Assembly: GCA_002269645.1 (NCBI GenBank)
Contig: NIVC01001150.1
Coordinates: 136,422-200,421, forward strand
DNA length: 64,000 nucleotides
DNA from: Macrostomum lignano
Lineage: Eukaryota
Reading direction: 5' to 3'
Within the stretch, counting starts at the first letter, position 1. The number at the start of each line of letters is the position of its first letter. The position numbers were made by a program, and so were the translations under genes. Positions 33,282 to 45,800 of this stretch are shown here, one piece after another. The notes under the pieces are model-generated. The model ran no database searches. It was not told the origin of the DNA and was given only the letters and a program-made list of their open reading frames with translations.

Positions 33282-36200
33282 TCACACGAACTCCTCCTGC
33301 GTGTGGCTGTGCGGCAGGCAGCCCAGATCGGAGAAGACTGGCGCCAGGCGCTGAAACTCCACAGAGGGGCTCCAGCCAATCAGCGACTCCAGCTGCTGCT
33401 GCTGCAGAGGCGGCGACGGCGAGGCGCCGTGGAGCAGCTGGGCGGCCGAGTCGCTCAAGGGGTCGCCGACGCTACCAGAGTGCTGAAAGCCGCGGTTCAC
33501 TCGGCCTGGCGGCAGTGGCGGAGGCGGAGGCGGAGGCGGCCCTGACGAAGCCCCGTCCGTGTCGGAGCAGCTGACGGCGTCGGCGGGACTGCCGCCGCGG
33601 CGGGCGAGCCGGCGGATGTCCTCCAGAGTGAGGCCAGTGGCAGCGGGCGGCGGCAGCTGTTGCTGGCGGTAGGCGAAGGGGAAGCGGGGGCCCCGGCGGG
33701 CGCTGCCGTAGTCGTCAGAGCTGGCCGCCGAGCCGCAGCGCTCGTAGACTCGCGACTGCAGGCTGGGGCTGCCGGCAGCCGCCGCCACAGCCGCCGGGTC
33801 TTCGGGCAGGCGTGGCATGGCGGCCGCGGCTCGCAAATTCCGATAGTGCCGAAGGGCGTCCACATCGGAGGCGGCGATGGAGGAGGCATTTTCCAGGTCG
33901 TACTGCTCGGCGGGGCCCAGCTCGTACGGGTCGTCTTCGTTGTCGTCATCCAGCGTGGAGTCGCCGCCTTCGCCGCCGCTGGCGAAGTGGCGCGCGGCCC
34001 GCACCGCCTCGAGCTCAGCGCGGATGTGCTGGCGGATGAGGGCGGACTCGGAGAAGCCGCTGTCTTGGTTGCTCTTCGTGCTGCCGATGGCATCGCGGCT
34101 CTGCGGGGTCGAGTAAACGAACTGGCGGTGCTGCGTCTGCAGCCGCGGCTCCAGCATCGTGGAGGTTGAAGAGGCTGCGGCCGAGGCCTTCGCCTTGGCG
34201 CGATAGCGGCGGCGCAGGACGGCGAAGAGCAGCACCAGCAGGGAGAGGAGCAGAACACCGAGCACGCCTGGCACCGCGATGGCCACCTTCAGCTGGTCGT
34301 CGGTAAGGCCGCCGGTGCGGGAGCAGCTCGCATCGCCCCAGACAGCAGGGTTTTCGGTGCACTGGAAGCCGCGCGGGCAGTCCGTGATTAGGCAGACATC
34401 GCTGGGGCAGTCGGCAGCAACGGAGCCGACCACGGCAGCGGAGAAGCGGGCAGTCAGGCCGGCGCCAATCGGCAGCGGCTCGCCGTCCAGGCGGAGGTCG
34501 GCGGCGCAGCCGGTGAAGGCAGCCAGCGCGCGGCCGTCCAGAGAGGCGCCAACGCCGCTGCCGAGGCCGAGACTGACCACGTCATCGCCGAGGAAATCAT
34601 GGCTGCCGCTGCCGGCTCCGCCGACGCTGACAAAGGCGGAGTCGAGGCCGAGTGAGAGGTCTCCCGTGCTGGAGCGGCGGGCCAGCGACACGGAGATGGG
34701 CCGGCCGGCGCTCAGCGTAGCCGGATGGGTGGCGTCGATGCGGGCGGAGTTGTTGACGCTGACGACCCGCAGGCCGGCGCTGCTGAGCAGCAGCATGGTG
34801 AACTGCGTGGCCGAGCTGCGGCTGACCAGCAGCAGCTGCGGGTTGGCCGTCAAGCCATTCGCCTTTGCCTTCAGCGCCAGCGTCGACCACCCTGCGCTTG
34901 GAGACGGCAAGGTCGATGAGACGTCGCGGCGACGCCTTCTGCGCCCCACGCTGCCGTCTTTCGCCCGCAGGTAGCTGGGCCGTTGGGTGTACACAACCTG
35001 ACTGCCAGCACCGAGGCTGAAGCCCGTCAGCACTGGCGAGCAGGCGGGCGGGTAGCGGCCCGCGGGACAGTCGCAGCGGGCTCGCCACCACTCGTCAACA
35101 CAGCGGGCGCCGACGCCGGAGCCGCCACAGACGCCGGGCGCCGAGCAGGGTGGTGAGTCCGGGCGCGGGCAGGAGTTTCGCGACACGCCGCTGTAGGAGG
35201 CAGCCTCGTTGTCGAAGTCGCCGGCGCTGGGGGACAGCCGGCGAAGGCAGCCGACAAAGTCGAATGCGGCGAGTCCGGGCGGGAGGCGCCGCAGGCTGGC
35301 AGGAAGGCCGCCGAGCAGCAGCTGGCCGGTGCCGAGGGCGGCAGCGGAGTCGGTGAGGTTGAGGCTGAGGCGGCAGCTGGTGGACTGGCAGGCCGGACAG
35401 GCGTCCGAGGCGGACGGGCCGCAGCGAGTGGCCGAGACTGTGAGCAGGCGGCCGGAGCGGGCGAGGCTGAGGCGAGTCCAGGCAGTCTTCCCGATGAATG
35501 CGGCGGCCAGCGACTCGGACAGCAGCAGCCGGCCGTCCTGGTGCAGCGAGGCGGACAGCCGGCCGGAGCCGAACTGCAGGCTGAGCCAGGCGGAGTCGGA
35601 CAGCGGCTGCAGCAGCAGCAGGGCGGAGTCGGCCGCCATGGCGAGCTCAAAGTCAAGCGAGAATTCGGCTGGGTGCCGCAGTCGGAGCGCCGCGTGTGAG
35701 CCCTCGTAGAAGCCCCAGGCGGCCGTCTCGCAGGCGTTGCCGTAAAAGCCGAAAGTGCAGGAGCAGCGGAAATCGTTGAAGGCGGGTAGGCAGGTTCCGC
35801 CGTTCTGGCAGCGGGATGGGCCGCCTCCGGTGTCGCAGAGGTTGGCGGGAGTCTCGCAGAGCCGGCCGGCCCAGCCAGCGGGGCAGGCGCAGGCAAAACC
35901 GCTGTCGCTGCCCGGCATCTCCTGGCAGGCGCCGCCGTTGCGGCACGGCGAGCTGCGGCACCGCTGGGCGCCGAACTGGCAGCGGTCGCCGGTGAACTGC
36001 GGGCCGCACAGGCAGCGAAGGGCGCCGCCTTCAGAAAAGCAGAGGCCGCCGTTCTGGCAGAAGCCCGCGGCGCAGCCAGCCGTGGAGAGGCCGCAGCCGG
36101 GGCCGGCGGCTCCAGCAGGGCAACTGCAGGTCTCGACGTCCGACACGGACGGGGCCGCCAGGCCAACCGACGCCGCCTCGAAGGCTGCGCTGGGCGCCTG

Positions 36201-36884
36201 CGGATCAGCCGCGGGGGCGAAGCTGCACCAGGCTGCAGGCCGTTTGCAGGGGTAGGCGGTGCAGAAGCGGGTCTCTACCGCCACCAGGCTGAGGCCGGTC
36301 AGCGCCTTGATGTCGGTTGAAGCTTTTGGCTTGCTGAGGGCGGCGACAACTGTCTCAGTGGACAGGAAGCCGGCGGGCTGGCCCGAGGACTTGCGGAAGG
36401 CGACGCGCAGGGCGGCAGCATCGGCGGTGGCGGCCAGAGAGACGAGCAGCGGCTGGGCGCCTGACGGCAGCGAGCGCAGCACCGCCTGGCTCAGCTGCGT
36501 CCACTGGGCGGCCGCGGCAGCCGGGCTGGCGGACAGCGCGAGCACCACGCTGCTGGCCAGGGCCTCGCTGCCGACGCTCTGTAGCGTGAGGGTCAGGTCG
36601 GACACGACCGCCGGGTGTCGCCCGTCGTGCTGCCTGACGGTGAGCTGGTAGATGACATCTGCCTGCAGGCTGGCGGTGGACAGCAGGTACACCTCGCAGG
36701 TGTCGGCCAGCAGGAGGCCGGGCGGCCCGGTGAGCAGGGCGCACTGGTAGCTGCCGCTCGTGTCCAGGTCGGTCGGTAGCAGGCGGGCCAGCGGGCCGCG
36801 GGGCGGCAGGCCCTGGTAGGCGCTGACCAGCAGGCTCTGCGGCCGGCTCGAGCTCGGGTTGTCGTTCACGTCTGCGATCTCCAC
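33282..36884 (-). CDS. FAT4: Fat4-like last exon (3603 nt): last cadherin, EGFs, LamG x2, TM, tail
   Basis: ttcag|VEIADVNDNP...TQEEFV*. Confidence 0.93.
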   Translation of the reverse strand: MEIADVNDNPSSSRPQSLLVSAYQGLPPRGPLARLLPTDLDTSGSYQCALLTGPPGLLLADTCEVYLLSTASLQADVIYQLTVRQHDGRHPAVVSDLTLTLQSVGSEALASSVVLALSASPAAAAAQWTQLSQAVLRSLPSGAQPLLVSLAATADAAALRVAFRKSSGQPAGFLSTETVVAALSKPKASTDIKALTGLSLVAVETRFCTAYPCKRPAAWCSFAPAADPQAPSAAFEAASVGLAAPSVSDVETCSCPAGAAGPGCGLSTAGCAAGFCQNGGLCFSEGGALRCLCGPQFTGDRCQFGAQRCRSSPCRNGGACQEMPGSDSGFACACPAGWAGRLCETPANLCDTGGGPSRCQNGGTCLPAFNDFRCSCTFGFYGNACETAAWGFYEGSHAALRLRHPAEFSLDFELAMAADSALLLLQPLSDSAWLSLQFGSGRLSASLHQDGRLLLSESLAAAFIGKTAWTRLSLARSGRLLTVSATRCGPSASDACPACQSTSCRLSLNLTDSAAALGTGQLLLGGLPASLRRLPPGLAAFDFVGCLRRLSPSAGDFDNEAASYSGVSRNSCPRPDSPPCSAPGVCGGSGVGARCVDEWWRARCDCPAGRYPPACSPVLTGFSLGAGSQVVYTQRPSYLRAKDGSVGRRRRRRDVSSTLPSPSAGWSTLALKAKANGLTANPQLLLVSRSSATQFTMLLLSSAGLRVVSVNNSARIDATHPATLSAGRPISVSLARRSSTGDLSLGLDSAFVSVGGAGSGSHDFLGDDVVSLGLGSGVGASLDGRALAAFTGCAADLRLDGEPLPIGAGLTARFSAAVVGSVAADCPSDVCLITDCPRGFQCTENPAVWGDASCSRTGGLTDDQLKVAIAVPGVLGVLLLSLLVLLFAVLRRRYRAKAKASAAASSTSTMLEPRLQTQHRQFVYSTPQSRDAIGSTKSNQDSGFSESALIRQHIRAELEAVRAARHFASGGEGGDSTLDDDNEDDPYELGPAEQYDLENASSIAASDVDALRHYRNLRAAAAMPRLPEDPAAVAAAAGSPSLQSRVYERCGSAASSDDYGSARRGPRFPFAYRQQQLPPPAATGLTLEDIRRLARRGGSPADAVSCSDTDGASSGPPPPPPPPLPPGRVNRGFQHSGSVGDPLSDSAAQLLHGASPSPPLQQQQLESLIGWSPSVEFQRLAPVFSDLGCLPHSHTQEEFV

Positions 36885-39800
36885 CTGAATGAGAGAGAAT
36901 GAGTAATCATTCTCTGAATCTGCATCTCTCTGAATCTGCATCTCCCTGAATCTGCATCTCCCTGAATCTGCATCTCCCTGAATCTGCATCTCTCCCTGAA
37001 TCTGCATCTCTCCCTGAATCTGCATCTCTCCCTGAATCTGCATCTCTCTTCTCTCTCTGAATCTGCATCTCTCCCTGAATCTGCATCTCTCCCTGAATCT
37101 GCATCTCTCCCTGAATCTGCATCTCTCCCTGAATCTGCATCTCTCCCTGAATCTGCATCTGTCCCTGAATCTGCATCTCTCTCTGAATCTGCATCTCCCT
37201 GAATCTGCACCTCTCCCTGAATCTGCATCTCCCTGAATCTGCACCTCTCCCTGAATCTGCATCTCTCCCTGAATCTGCATCTCTCTTCTCTCTCTGAATC
37301 TGCATCTCTCCCTGAATCTGCATCTCTCCCTGAATCTGCATCTCTCCCTGAATCTGCATCTCTCCCTGAATCTGCATCTCTCCCTGAATCTGCATCTCTC
37401 CCTGAATCTGCATCTCTCCCTGAATCTGCATCTCTCCCTGAATCTGCATCTCTCCCTGAATCTGCATCTCTCCCTGAATCTGCATCTCTCCCTGAATCTG
37501 CATCTCTCCCTGAATCTGCATCTCTCTCTGAATCTGCCTCTCCAATCCTATCCTTGAACTTAAAGCAGCAAGCAAAGCAACTCAGCAAAGGCTGCAGCTG
37601 CTCACCTGGAAGGTGAGAGTGGCGGAGACGCCGCCCACATCCGTGACCACCACAGCCAGCTGGGCAACCTGCAGCGCCTCGCGGTCCAACGTTGCCTTGG
37701 TCACCACCAGGCCGTCGGCGCCTACGGTGAATCGGTCGTCAGCAACTGGTCGGAAGCTGAAGGGCGCGCCGTGGCCGAGCTCGTCCGGATCCGTGGCAAA
37801 TTCGGCCAGCCGACCAACGATGGCGCCCGGCCACAGGCCCTCCTGCACGACTAGTCGCGGTACAGCGGGCTCGAACCTCGGACCGCTGTCGTTCACGTCC
37901 GTCAGCGTCACCAGCAATCGGGCGGTGGCCGTCAGCGCTGGGGAGCCGCTGTCTATGGCCAGGAGGGTCAGGTTGAACCGCGGCCGCGTCTCCCTGTCCA
38001 GCGGGGCCGCCACGCGCACCTGGAGATGGGCGGGCGGTGGGCTCGAATCGATGATCAAGGAAATGCAGAACCGGAGTGGTGGGACTGCAGTACTCAAGCA
38101 TGGAATGCCACAAGATGTGTGGGACTGCAGTGCTCAAGCGAGGGGTGCCAATAGATGTGTGGGACTGCAGTGCTCAAGCATGGATGCACTAGCTGTGTGG
38201 GACTGCAGTGCTCAAGCATGGATGCCACTAGCTGTGTGGGACTGCAGTGCTCAAGCATGGATGCCACTAGCTGTGTGGGACTGCAGTGCTCAAGCACGGC
38301 CTGCCACTAGATGTGTGGGACTGCAGTACTCAAGCAAGGCATGCCACTAGCTGTGTGGGACTGCAGTGCTCAAGCATGGAATTTCACTAGCTGTGTGGGA
38401 CTGCAGTGCTCAAGCATGGAATGCCACTAGCTGTGTGGGACTGCAGTGCTCAAGCATGGAATGTCACTAGCTGTGTGGGACTGCAGTGCTCAAGCATGGA
38501 ATGCCACTAGCTGTGTGGGACTGCAGTGCTCAAGCGAGGGGTGCCACTAGATGTGTGGGACTGCAGTGCTCAAGCGAGGGGTGCCACTAGATGTGTGGGA
38601 CTGCAGTGCTCAAGCGAGGGGTGCCACTAGATGTGTGAGACTGCAGTACTCAAGCGAGGGGTGCCACTAGATGTGTGGGACTGCAGTGCTCAAGCGAGGG
38701 GTGCCACTAGATGTGTGAGACTGCAGTACTCAAGCGAGGGGTGCCACTAGATGTGTGGGACTGCAGTACTCAAGCGAGGGGTGCCACTAGATGTGTGGGA
38801 CTGCAGTGCTCAAGCGAGGGGTGCCACTAGATGTGTGAGACTGCAGTACTCAAGCGAGGGGTGCCACTAGATGTGTGGGACTGCAGTGCTCAAGCGAGGG
38901 GTGCCACTAGATGTGTGAGACTGCAGTACTCAAGCGAGGGGTGCCACTAGATGTGTGAGACTGCAGTACTCAAGCGAGGGGTGCCACTAGATGTGTGGGA
39001 CTGCAGTGCTCAAGCAAGGGATGTAAGTGCAAAGTGCAACAGGATGCACAGAAGCTCTGTACCTGTCCAGTGGCCGGATCGACGCTAAAGGGCGCTTCGG
39101 TGGCCTCGGCGAGGGCGAAGCGGAAGTCGCGGTCTCCTGGGGCGGAGTCGGGGTCCTCGGCAATGGCGCGGGTCACGTTGGCGCCAACCGGGACGGCCTC
39201 GCTGATTGCGGCGGTGAAGGCGGGCGCCGCGAAGACCGGCGGGTCGTTGCCGTCGTCGATGTCGATGCGGACGGGCACCTGGGCGACCAGGGCGTCTCGG
39301 TATGGTCCGGGGTTCGAAACCTGCGGGTAGGAAAGGAAGAGTTTATTGAAGCTCTTGATGAGTGCCGCATCTCCCTGTGGTCAGTCAAGCGCCAATAAGC
39401 CAACATACAGACCAAAGCCGCGACTGGAGCCATAAAGTTTTTGAAGGTCGATTTTTGTCTCCAAGTATTTAAGAATAATTAGATGGGCATTCTCTAGCTT
39501 TTGGTTGGGTGGCTAATTGGCCAATAGCTCACCTTGCCGCGTTTTATTAATTATAGGAAAAGTAGCTGCTGTTGGAGACAGGTGCATTGCCAAGCCTTAC
39601 TGTTGAGTTCTTCTCAACTTCTACATCGGTTTCTAGATATTCAACTCACTTAGTACAGCTAAAACTCTCACCATACCGGCGGCGAACCCGAGGCTAACGA
39701 AGGCGACTCACCTGAACAGTCAGGGTGCAGCGGGACCGCACAGCAGCCGCCGGGGACCCCGGAGGAACGGCAGCCACGACCACGTGACCCGTGTCGTGGT

Positions 39801-42800
39801 TGACCGTCACGAGGCCGACAGCGGCGGAGGGGTCGGCGGCCACCAGGGCGAAGCGCAGCCGGCCGGCCGGCCCCGCGTCCGCATCGGAGGCGCGCACCCG
39901 GCCGAGGACTTTGCCGGGCGAGTCGACACCGGGCCGCAGGCGCAGCTGCAGGCTGGGCGGCTCCGGCTGAGGCGCGAACTCGTTTTCGCTGCCCACCTCA
40001 ACGTAGACGCTGGCGCTGGCCGTGGTGACCCCGCTGGAGCCGGGGTTCCAGGCGGTGGCCACCAGGCGGTGCCAGCTGCGGGCTTCGAAGTCCAGCGGGC
40101 CGGTTGTGGACACCAGGCCGGAGCTGGGCGACGTGGCGAAGGGCAGCGGAGTCGAGGAGGCGTTGCCATCGGCCGCGGCGATGCCGAAGCTGATCTGCGA
40201 GTTCGCTGGCGAGTCGTCCGCGTCGCTGGCCGAGAGGTTCAGCAGGGCGTGGCCGGCCGGCGAGTTCTCGGCCACCCTGGCGAAAAATTCCCGGCTGGCG
40301 AAGCGCGGTGGCGAGTCGTTGACGTCGACGACGAGCAGCGTGAGGGCGGCGTCGGCGGTGCGCCGGGCGTAGGCGCGGTCGGCCGCCAGCAGCGAGACGC
40401 TGTGCGAGCGCGCCCGCTCGAAGTCCAGGCCAGAGCCGCTAGCCAGCAGCAGCTGGTAGGCGCCGGCCTTGGCGGGGTCGATTCGCAGCTCCAGGCCGAG
40501 GCTGGGCGTCACCCGCTGGATGCTCAGGTCCACCTGCGTAATCGCGTGGGCTCCCTGGTTTAGCGTCAAATTCACTCTACTTGCTACTCATAAGTAGCGC
40601 GAGCGATCTCTACCATGGTCTTCAGAGAGCTCGAGTGGCGCTCACCTGCCCGTTGATGCCGGAGTCACCGTCGCTGACATCAATGCTGAACAGCAGCGTT
40701 CCGGGGCCTGCAGTCTCCGCAACGCTGGCCTGGTAGGCACCGGGGGCGATCACCGGCCCGTGCGAGTTCGGCAACGTCAGCACGAAGTTCAGCCGGGTCG
40801 GCCGCTGCGCTTTCACGGCCGCGTTGGCGGTGGACGCGGCGCCCACCAGCAGCTGCAGCCGCTGGCCGGCCATGGCCGAGTCCAGGGCTCGCCGCAGGCT
40901 CACCCAGCCAGTGGAGGCGTCCAGCGACAGCCAGTCCGAGCCGTTGCCGCCCACCAAGCTGAAGGTCAGTCCGCCGGCCGGGCCCTCCTGGCTGAAGGTA
41001 GCGCCCACGCGGACGAGGCTCTGGCCGGCGCCCAGGGTCACCGGGATTGGTAGGGTCAGCTGCGGGGCGGCAGAGGTCACTTGGCTGCGAGACCCGCATA
41101 GACACTCGATGACTCACATGGACACTCTATGACCCAAATTGATTCTCTATGACCCACATGGATACTCAATGACCCACATGGATACTCGATGACCTGATTG
41201 GACACATGACCCACATGAGATCCCTATGACCCCAAGGACACTATGACAAACATGAATATTTTTTGCCCCGCATGTACTCTTTATGATCAACCTGGATGAG
41301 CAGTCTCTGAACCATTTGGCCACTGAATGACCAACAAGTCCTACTTATCTGCAATGGAATGCAGCGACTCGGTTTCAGCATTCTTTGTAATGACATCATC
41401 AGTCTCAGAATTTCCATGCAAAATGTCCATGGTTGCAGCTGATTTACTTTTCAATAAAATGATGCACTGCAGGAGGTGCAGTGCTTTCTCTATCAAAAAT
41501 TTCTGTTTGCAGATTTTAAAGTGAACTGTAGTGTCTATTGCTAGATATCGAGTGTACACACTGCATAATCTATTTAGAGAGCATTAAGTGAAATGCACTT
41601 TAAAACTGCTTTTTTCGACCCTAGATTTGTCCGAGCCAAGTATAAAATGCTCCCTTCTCGGCTAGACTGGCTTTGCACAGCGGCGCATTAAGATTCTAGC
41701 TATAGTCTATGGCCAGCCCAGCTGACCATGTCGGCAGGAACGGAGCTTTGGCATTTGTAGCTCCGGCGCGAAGAGGTTAATATTAATACACGCTCGTATT
41801 TTGTCACCAATCGAATTCCGTACGATAAAGGCAGAACTCGAGAACAGAGCTCAAAATTTATTTAAATCTTTGCAAAACTCGCTTCTCACCTCGCTGGCGT
41901 TCATCACTGGCAGCTCTGCCGTCAGCACTCGGACAGTCAGGCTGGCGGTGGCCGACTTCTGCGGCCGGCCGCCGTCCCGGGCCGTCAGCAGCAGGGCGGG
42001 GAACTCCGCACCCGCCTGCAGCCTCTGCCTGGTGCTGAGCTGTCCAGTGGCCGAGTCCACTGCGAACAGGTCGGAGCCGGGGCCGGACAGGCTGAGCGTC
42101 AGGCGGGCGTTGGCCGAGCCAGGCTGGTCGGCGTCCGTGGCCGACACAGAGCCGATGGCGGCAGGCGCCTGTGGAGAGGGTGGCGACCTTCTGTCACTCC
42201 TGGCTGCTGCCCGCTTGTTCCCACTTGCTGCCCGCTTTTCCCCACTTGCTGCCCGCTTGTTCCCACTTGCTGCCCGCTTTTCCCCACTTGCTGCCGGCTT
42301 GTTCCCACTTGCTGCCCGCTTGCTCCCACTTGCTGCCCGCTTTTCCCCACTTGCTGCCCGCTTGTTCCCACTTGCTGCCCGCTTGTTCTCACTTGCTGCC
42401 CGCTTGTTCCCACTTGCTGCCCGCTTGCTCCCACTTGCTGCCCGCTTGTTCCCACTTGCTGCCCGCTTGTTCCCACTTGCTGCCCGCTTGTTCTCACTTG
42501 CTGCCCGCTTGTTCCCACTTGCTGCCCGCTTGTTCTCACTTGCTGCCGGCTTGTTCCCACTTGCTGCCCGCTTGCTCCCACTTGCTGCCCGCTTTTCCCC
42601 ACTTGCTGCCCGCTTGTTCCCACTTGCTGCCCGCTTGCTCCCACTTGCTGCCCGCTTTTCCCCACTTGCTGCCCGCTTGTTCCCACTTGCTGCCCGCTTT
42701 TCCCCACTTGCTGCCCGCTTATTCTCACTTGCTGCCCGCTTGTTCTCACTTGCTGCCGGCTTGTTCCCACTTGCTGCCCGCTTGCTCCCACTTGCTGCCC

Positions 42801-45800
42801 GCTTTTCCCCACTTGCTGCCCGCTTGTTCCCACTTGCTGCCCGCTTGCTCCCACTTGCTGCCCGCTTTTCCCCACTTGCTGCCCGCTTGTTCCCACTTGC
42901 TGCCCGCTTTTCCCCACTTGCTGCCCGCTTATTCTCACTTGCTGCCCGCTTTTCCCCACTTGCTATTTCCCAACTCTGACCGCAGATAACTGATTGACAG
43001 CTGGTCCGTCTTCAAGCGCAAGGCAGCCTATTAATTCATTGCGCATAGAGCAACCTACCACATCGGGAAGCGCCAAGAACGAATAGTTGGCCGCCAGAAA
43101 CTGCGGCGCATTGTCGTTGACGTCCCCGACGGTGATCTCCGCCTCCGAGTCGTAGCTGAACTTGCCGTCAGTGACGGAGAAGCCCAGGCGGTACAGGCCC
43201 TGCGCCTCCCGGTCCAGGCCGTCCGCCACCGACACCCAGCCGCTCACCGGGTCCATGGCGAACTTCCCGTCCGGATTGCTCGTCAGGCTGAAGCGCAGCC
43301 AGGCGAACTCCGGCGTGTCGCCGTCCGTGGCCGAAATCTGCAGAACTCGAGTGCCCACCGGGCTGTCCTCCAGCACCGAGGCCTGAAGAGAAGGGACAGG
43401 CAGCAGTTAATGAGATGGGGTTCAGGGGTCAGGCAACAGTTAATGAGATGGGGTTCAGGGGTCAGGCAACAGTTAATGAGATGGGGTTCAGGGGTCAGGC
43501 AACAGTTAATGAGATGGGGTTCAGGGGTCAGGCAACAGTTAATGAGATGGGGTTCAGGGGTCAGGCAACAGTTAATGAGATGGGGTTCAGGGGTCAGGCA
43601 ACAGTTAATGAGATGGGGTTCAGGGGTCAGGCAACAGTTAATGAGATGCGGTCAGGCAGCAGCTGAGGAGATGGGGTCAGGCAGCAGCTGATGAGATGGG
43701 GTCAGGCAGCAGCTGATGAGATGGGGTCAGGCAGCAGCTGATGAGATGGGTTCAGGGGTCAGGCAACAGTTAATGAGATGGGGTTCAGGGGTCAGGCAAC
43801 AGTTAATGAGATGCGGTCAGGCAGCAGCTGAGGAGATGGGGTCAGGCAGCAGCTGATGAGATGGGGTCAGGCAGCAGCTGATGAGATGGGGTCAGGCAGC
43901 AGCTGATGAGATGGGGTTCAGGGGTCAGGCAACAGTTAATGAGATGGGGTTCAGGGGTCAGGCAACAGTTAATGAGATGGGGTTCAGGGGTCAGGCAACA
44001 GTTAATGAGATGCGGTCAGGCAGCAGCTGAGGAGATGGGGTCAGGCAGCAGCTGATGAGATGGGGTCAGGCAGCAGCTGATGAGATGGGGTCAGGCAGCA
44101 GCTGATGAGATGGGGTCAGGGGTCAGGCAGCAGCTGAAGAGATGGGGTTCAGGGGTCAGGCAGCAGCTGATGAGATGGGGTCAGGCAGCAGCTGATGAGA
44201 TGGGGTCAGGCAGCAGCTGATGAGATGGGGTCAGGCAGCAGCTGATGAGATGGGGTCAGGCAGCAGCTGATGAGATGGGGTCAGGCAGCAGCTGATGAGA
44301 TGGGGTCAGGCAGCAGCTGATGAGATGGGGTCAGGCAGCAGCTGATGAGATGGGGTCAGGCAGCAGCTGATGAGATGGGGTCAGGCAACAGTTAATGAGA
44401 TGAGTTTTCAGACCGGGACTCCCGCAGACTGGAAAGGCAGTCGGTGGACATGCTGTGCCTATTTCAGCAAGTCTCACTGCTCTGCTGCAGCTGGGGAGTC
44501 TGGAGGGACCGCCACGATGACAGCTGCAGTTCACTTCAGATTGAATAGCAGTTGGGGGAACAGATCATGGGCTAATTAATAATTAATCATCTCCGGTACT
44601 AAACATCTTGGAGATATTTGAGCAAGTGGACGCTCCTAAGTCGGCTGAGTATGGGAGCTGCCTGTCTGTTGAGTATAGCGGGCAGTGATTAACTCCCAAG
44701 CCGCTGATGCTACCAGCGGGACAGTCTCGAGAGGTTTTGTTGGATTCCATATGAATCTCAGTCAAATTGTTATGAAACTCAACCAGAAACAGCTTTGCAG
44801 TTCAATTTCTTTCAAAATAGCTGTGTATGACCGAACCCAGCTGTGTATGACCGAACCTAGCTGTGTATGACCGAACCCAGCTGTGTATGACCGAACCCAG
44901 CTGTGTATGACCGAACCCAGCTGTGTATGACCGAACCCAGCTGTGTTTGACCGAACCCAGCTGTGTTTGACCGAACCCAGCTGTTTGACCGAACCCAGCT
45001 GTGTATGACCGAACCCAGCTGTGTATGACCGAACCCAGCTGTGTATGACCGAAATCAGCTGTGTATGACCGAACCCAGCTGTGTATGACCGAACCCAGCT
45101 GTGTATGACAGGGGGGCCGTAGCCCAGCGGTAGCGCAGCTGCTCTGGTGTGCCAGCGACCCAGGCTCGATTCCAAGTGCAGTCACATTAATTTGGGGCTG
45201 AATTGGAATCTCGGCTTGGCTCTGCTCGTGCAATTAACGGCCTTGAGAGCCAACCCCCAAGGCGCAGTGAAGTGTACATGCCTAACGATAATATAAAGTT
45301 AGGGCCGATGTACACTCCTGTGTGAGTGTGTGCCTGCGTACGTATCCGCGCGCTTGTATGCCTGCTCAGGGGAGTCGGCGGAATGGGCAGTAATGCCTCT
45401 CGCCGGTTGTGTGCCTATGTCGCTTAAAGTGCGCCAGGGTGCACACAACCCCCCTGCCTCTAATAAAAAAATGCTGTGTATGACCGAACCCAGCTGTGTA
45501 TGACCAAATAAGCCTATTGAGCCCTGCACACCTTAAAGTAAGCGCTGGTCCCAAAGGGCTGCCGGTCATTGTCATCCAGCACGCGGATGTGGACATCAGC
45601 AAAGTCTGTGACGCGGCCAGTGGCAGCGTCGGCAACGGAGCAGTTAAGCTCCCAGGTGTCGCGTGCCTCCCGGTCGAGCTGCGCGGTTGTCGTCAGCTCG
45701 CCGGTGGCGGCGTCGATGGCGAAGGGCCCGGAGTCTCCGACCAGAGCGAAGCGCACGGCGCCGCTGCCCGCCGCCCGGAGGCTTCCCAGCGGCTGCGGGG

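Noticed and set aside
36885-37280. N-terminal QIQGEM repeats on the 1332-aa ORF
   Set aside because: Intronic 18-bp satellite in frame by chance; a clean acceptor exists at 36885 and the 721-nt intron contains a stop.
41081-41090. First apparent acceptor (tcgcag) for the 41059 Fat exon
   Set aside because: Out of phase with the upstream exon; the AG at 41061-41060 gives an in-frame cadherin sequence.
43688-44400. Hammerhead ribozyme core (CTGATGAG) in the 25-bp unit
   Set aside because: No GAAA half-core and no flanking stems.
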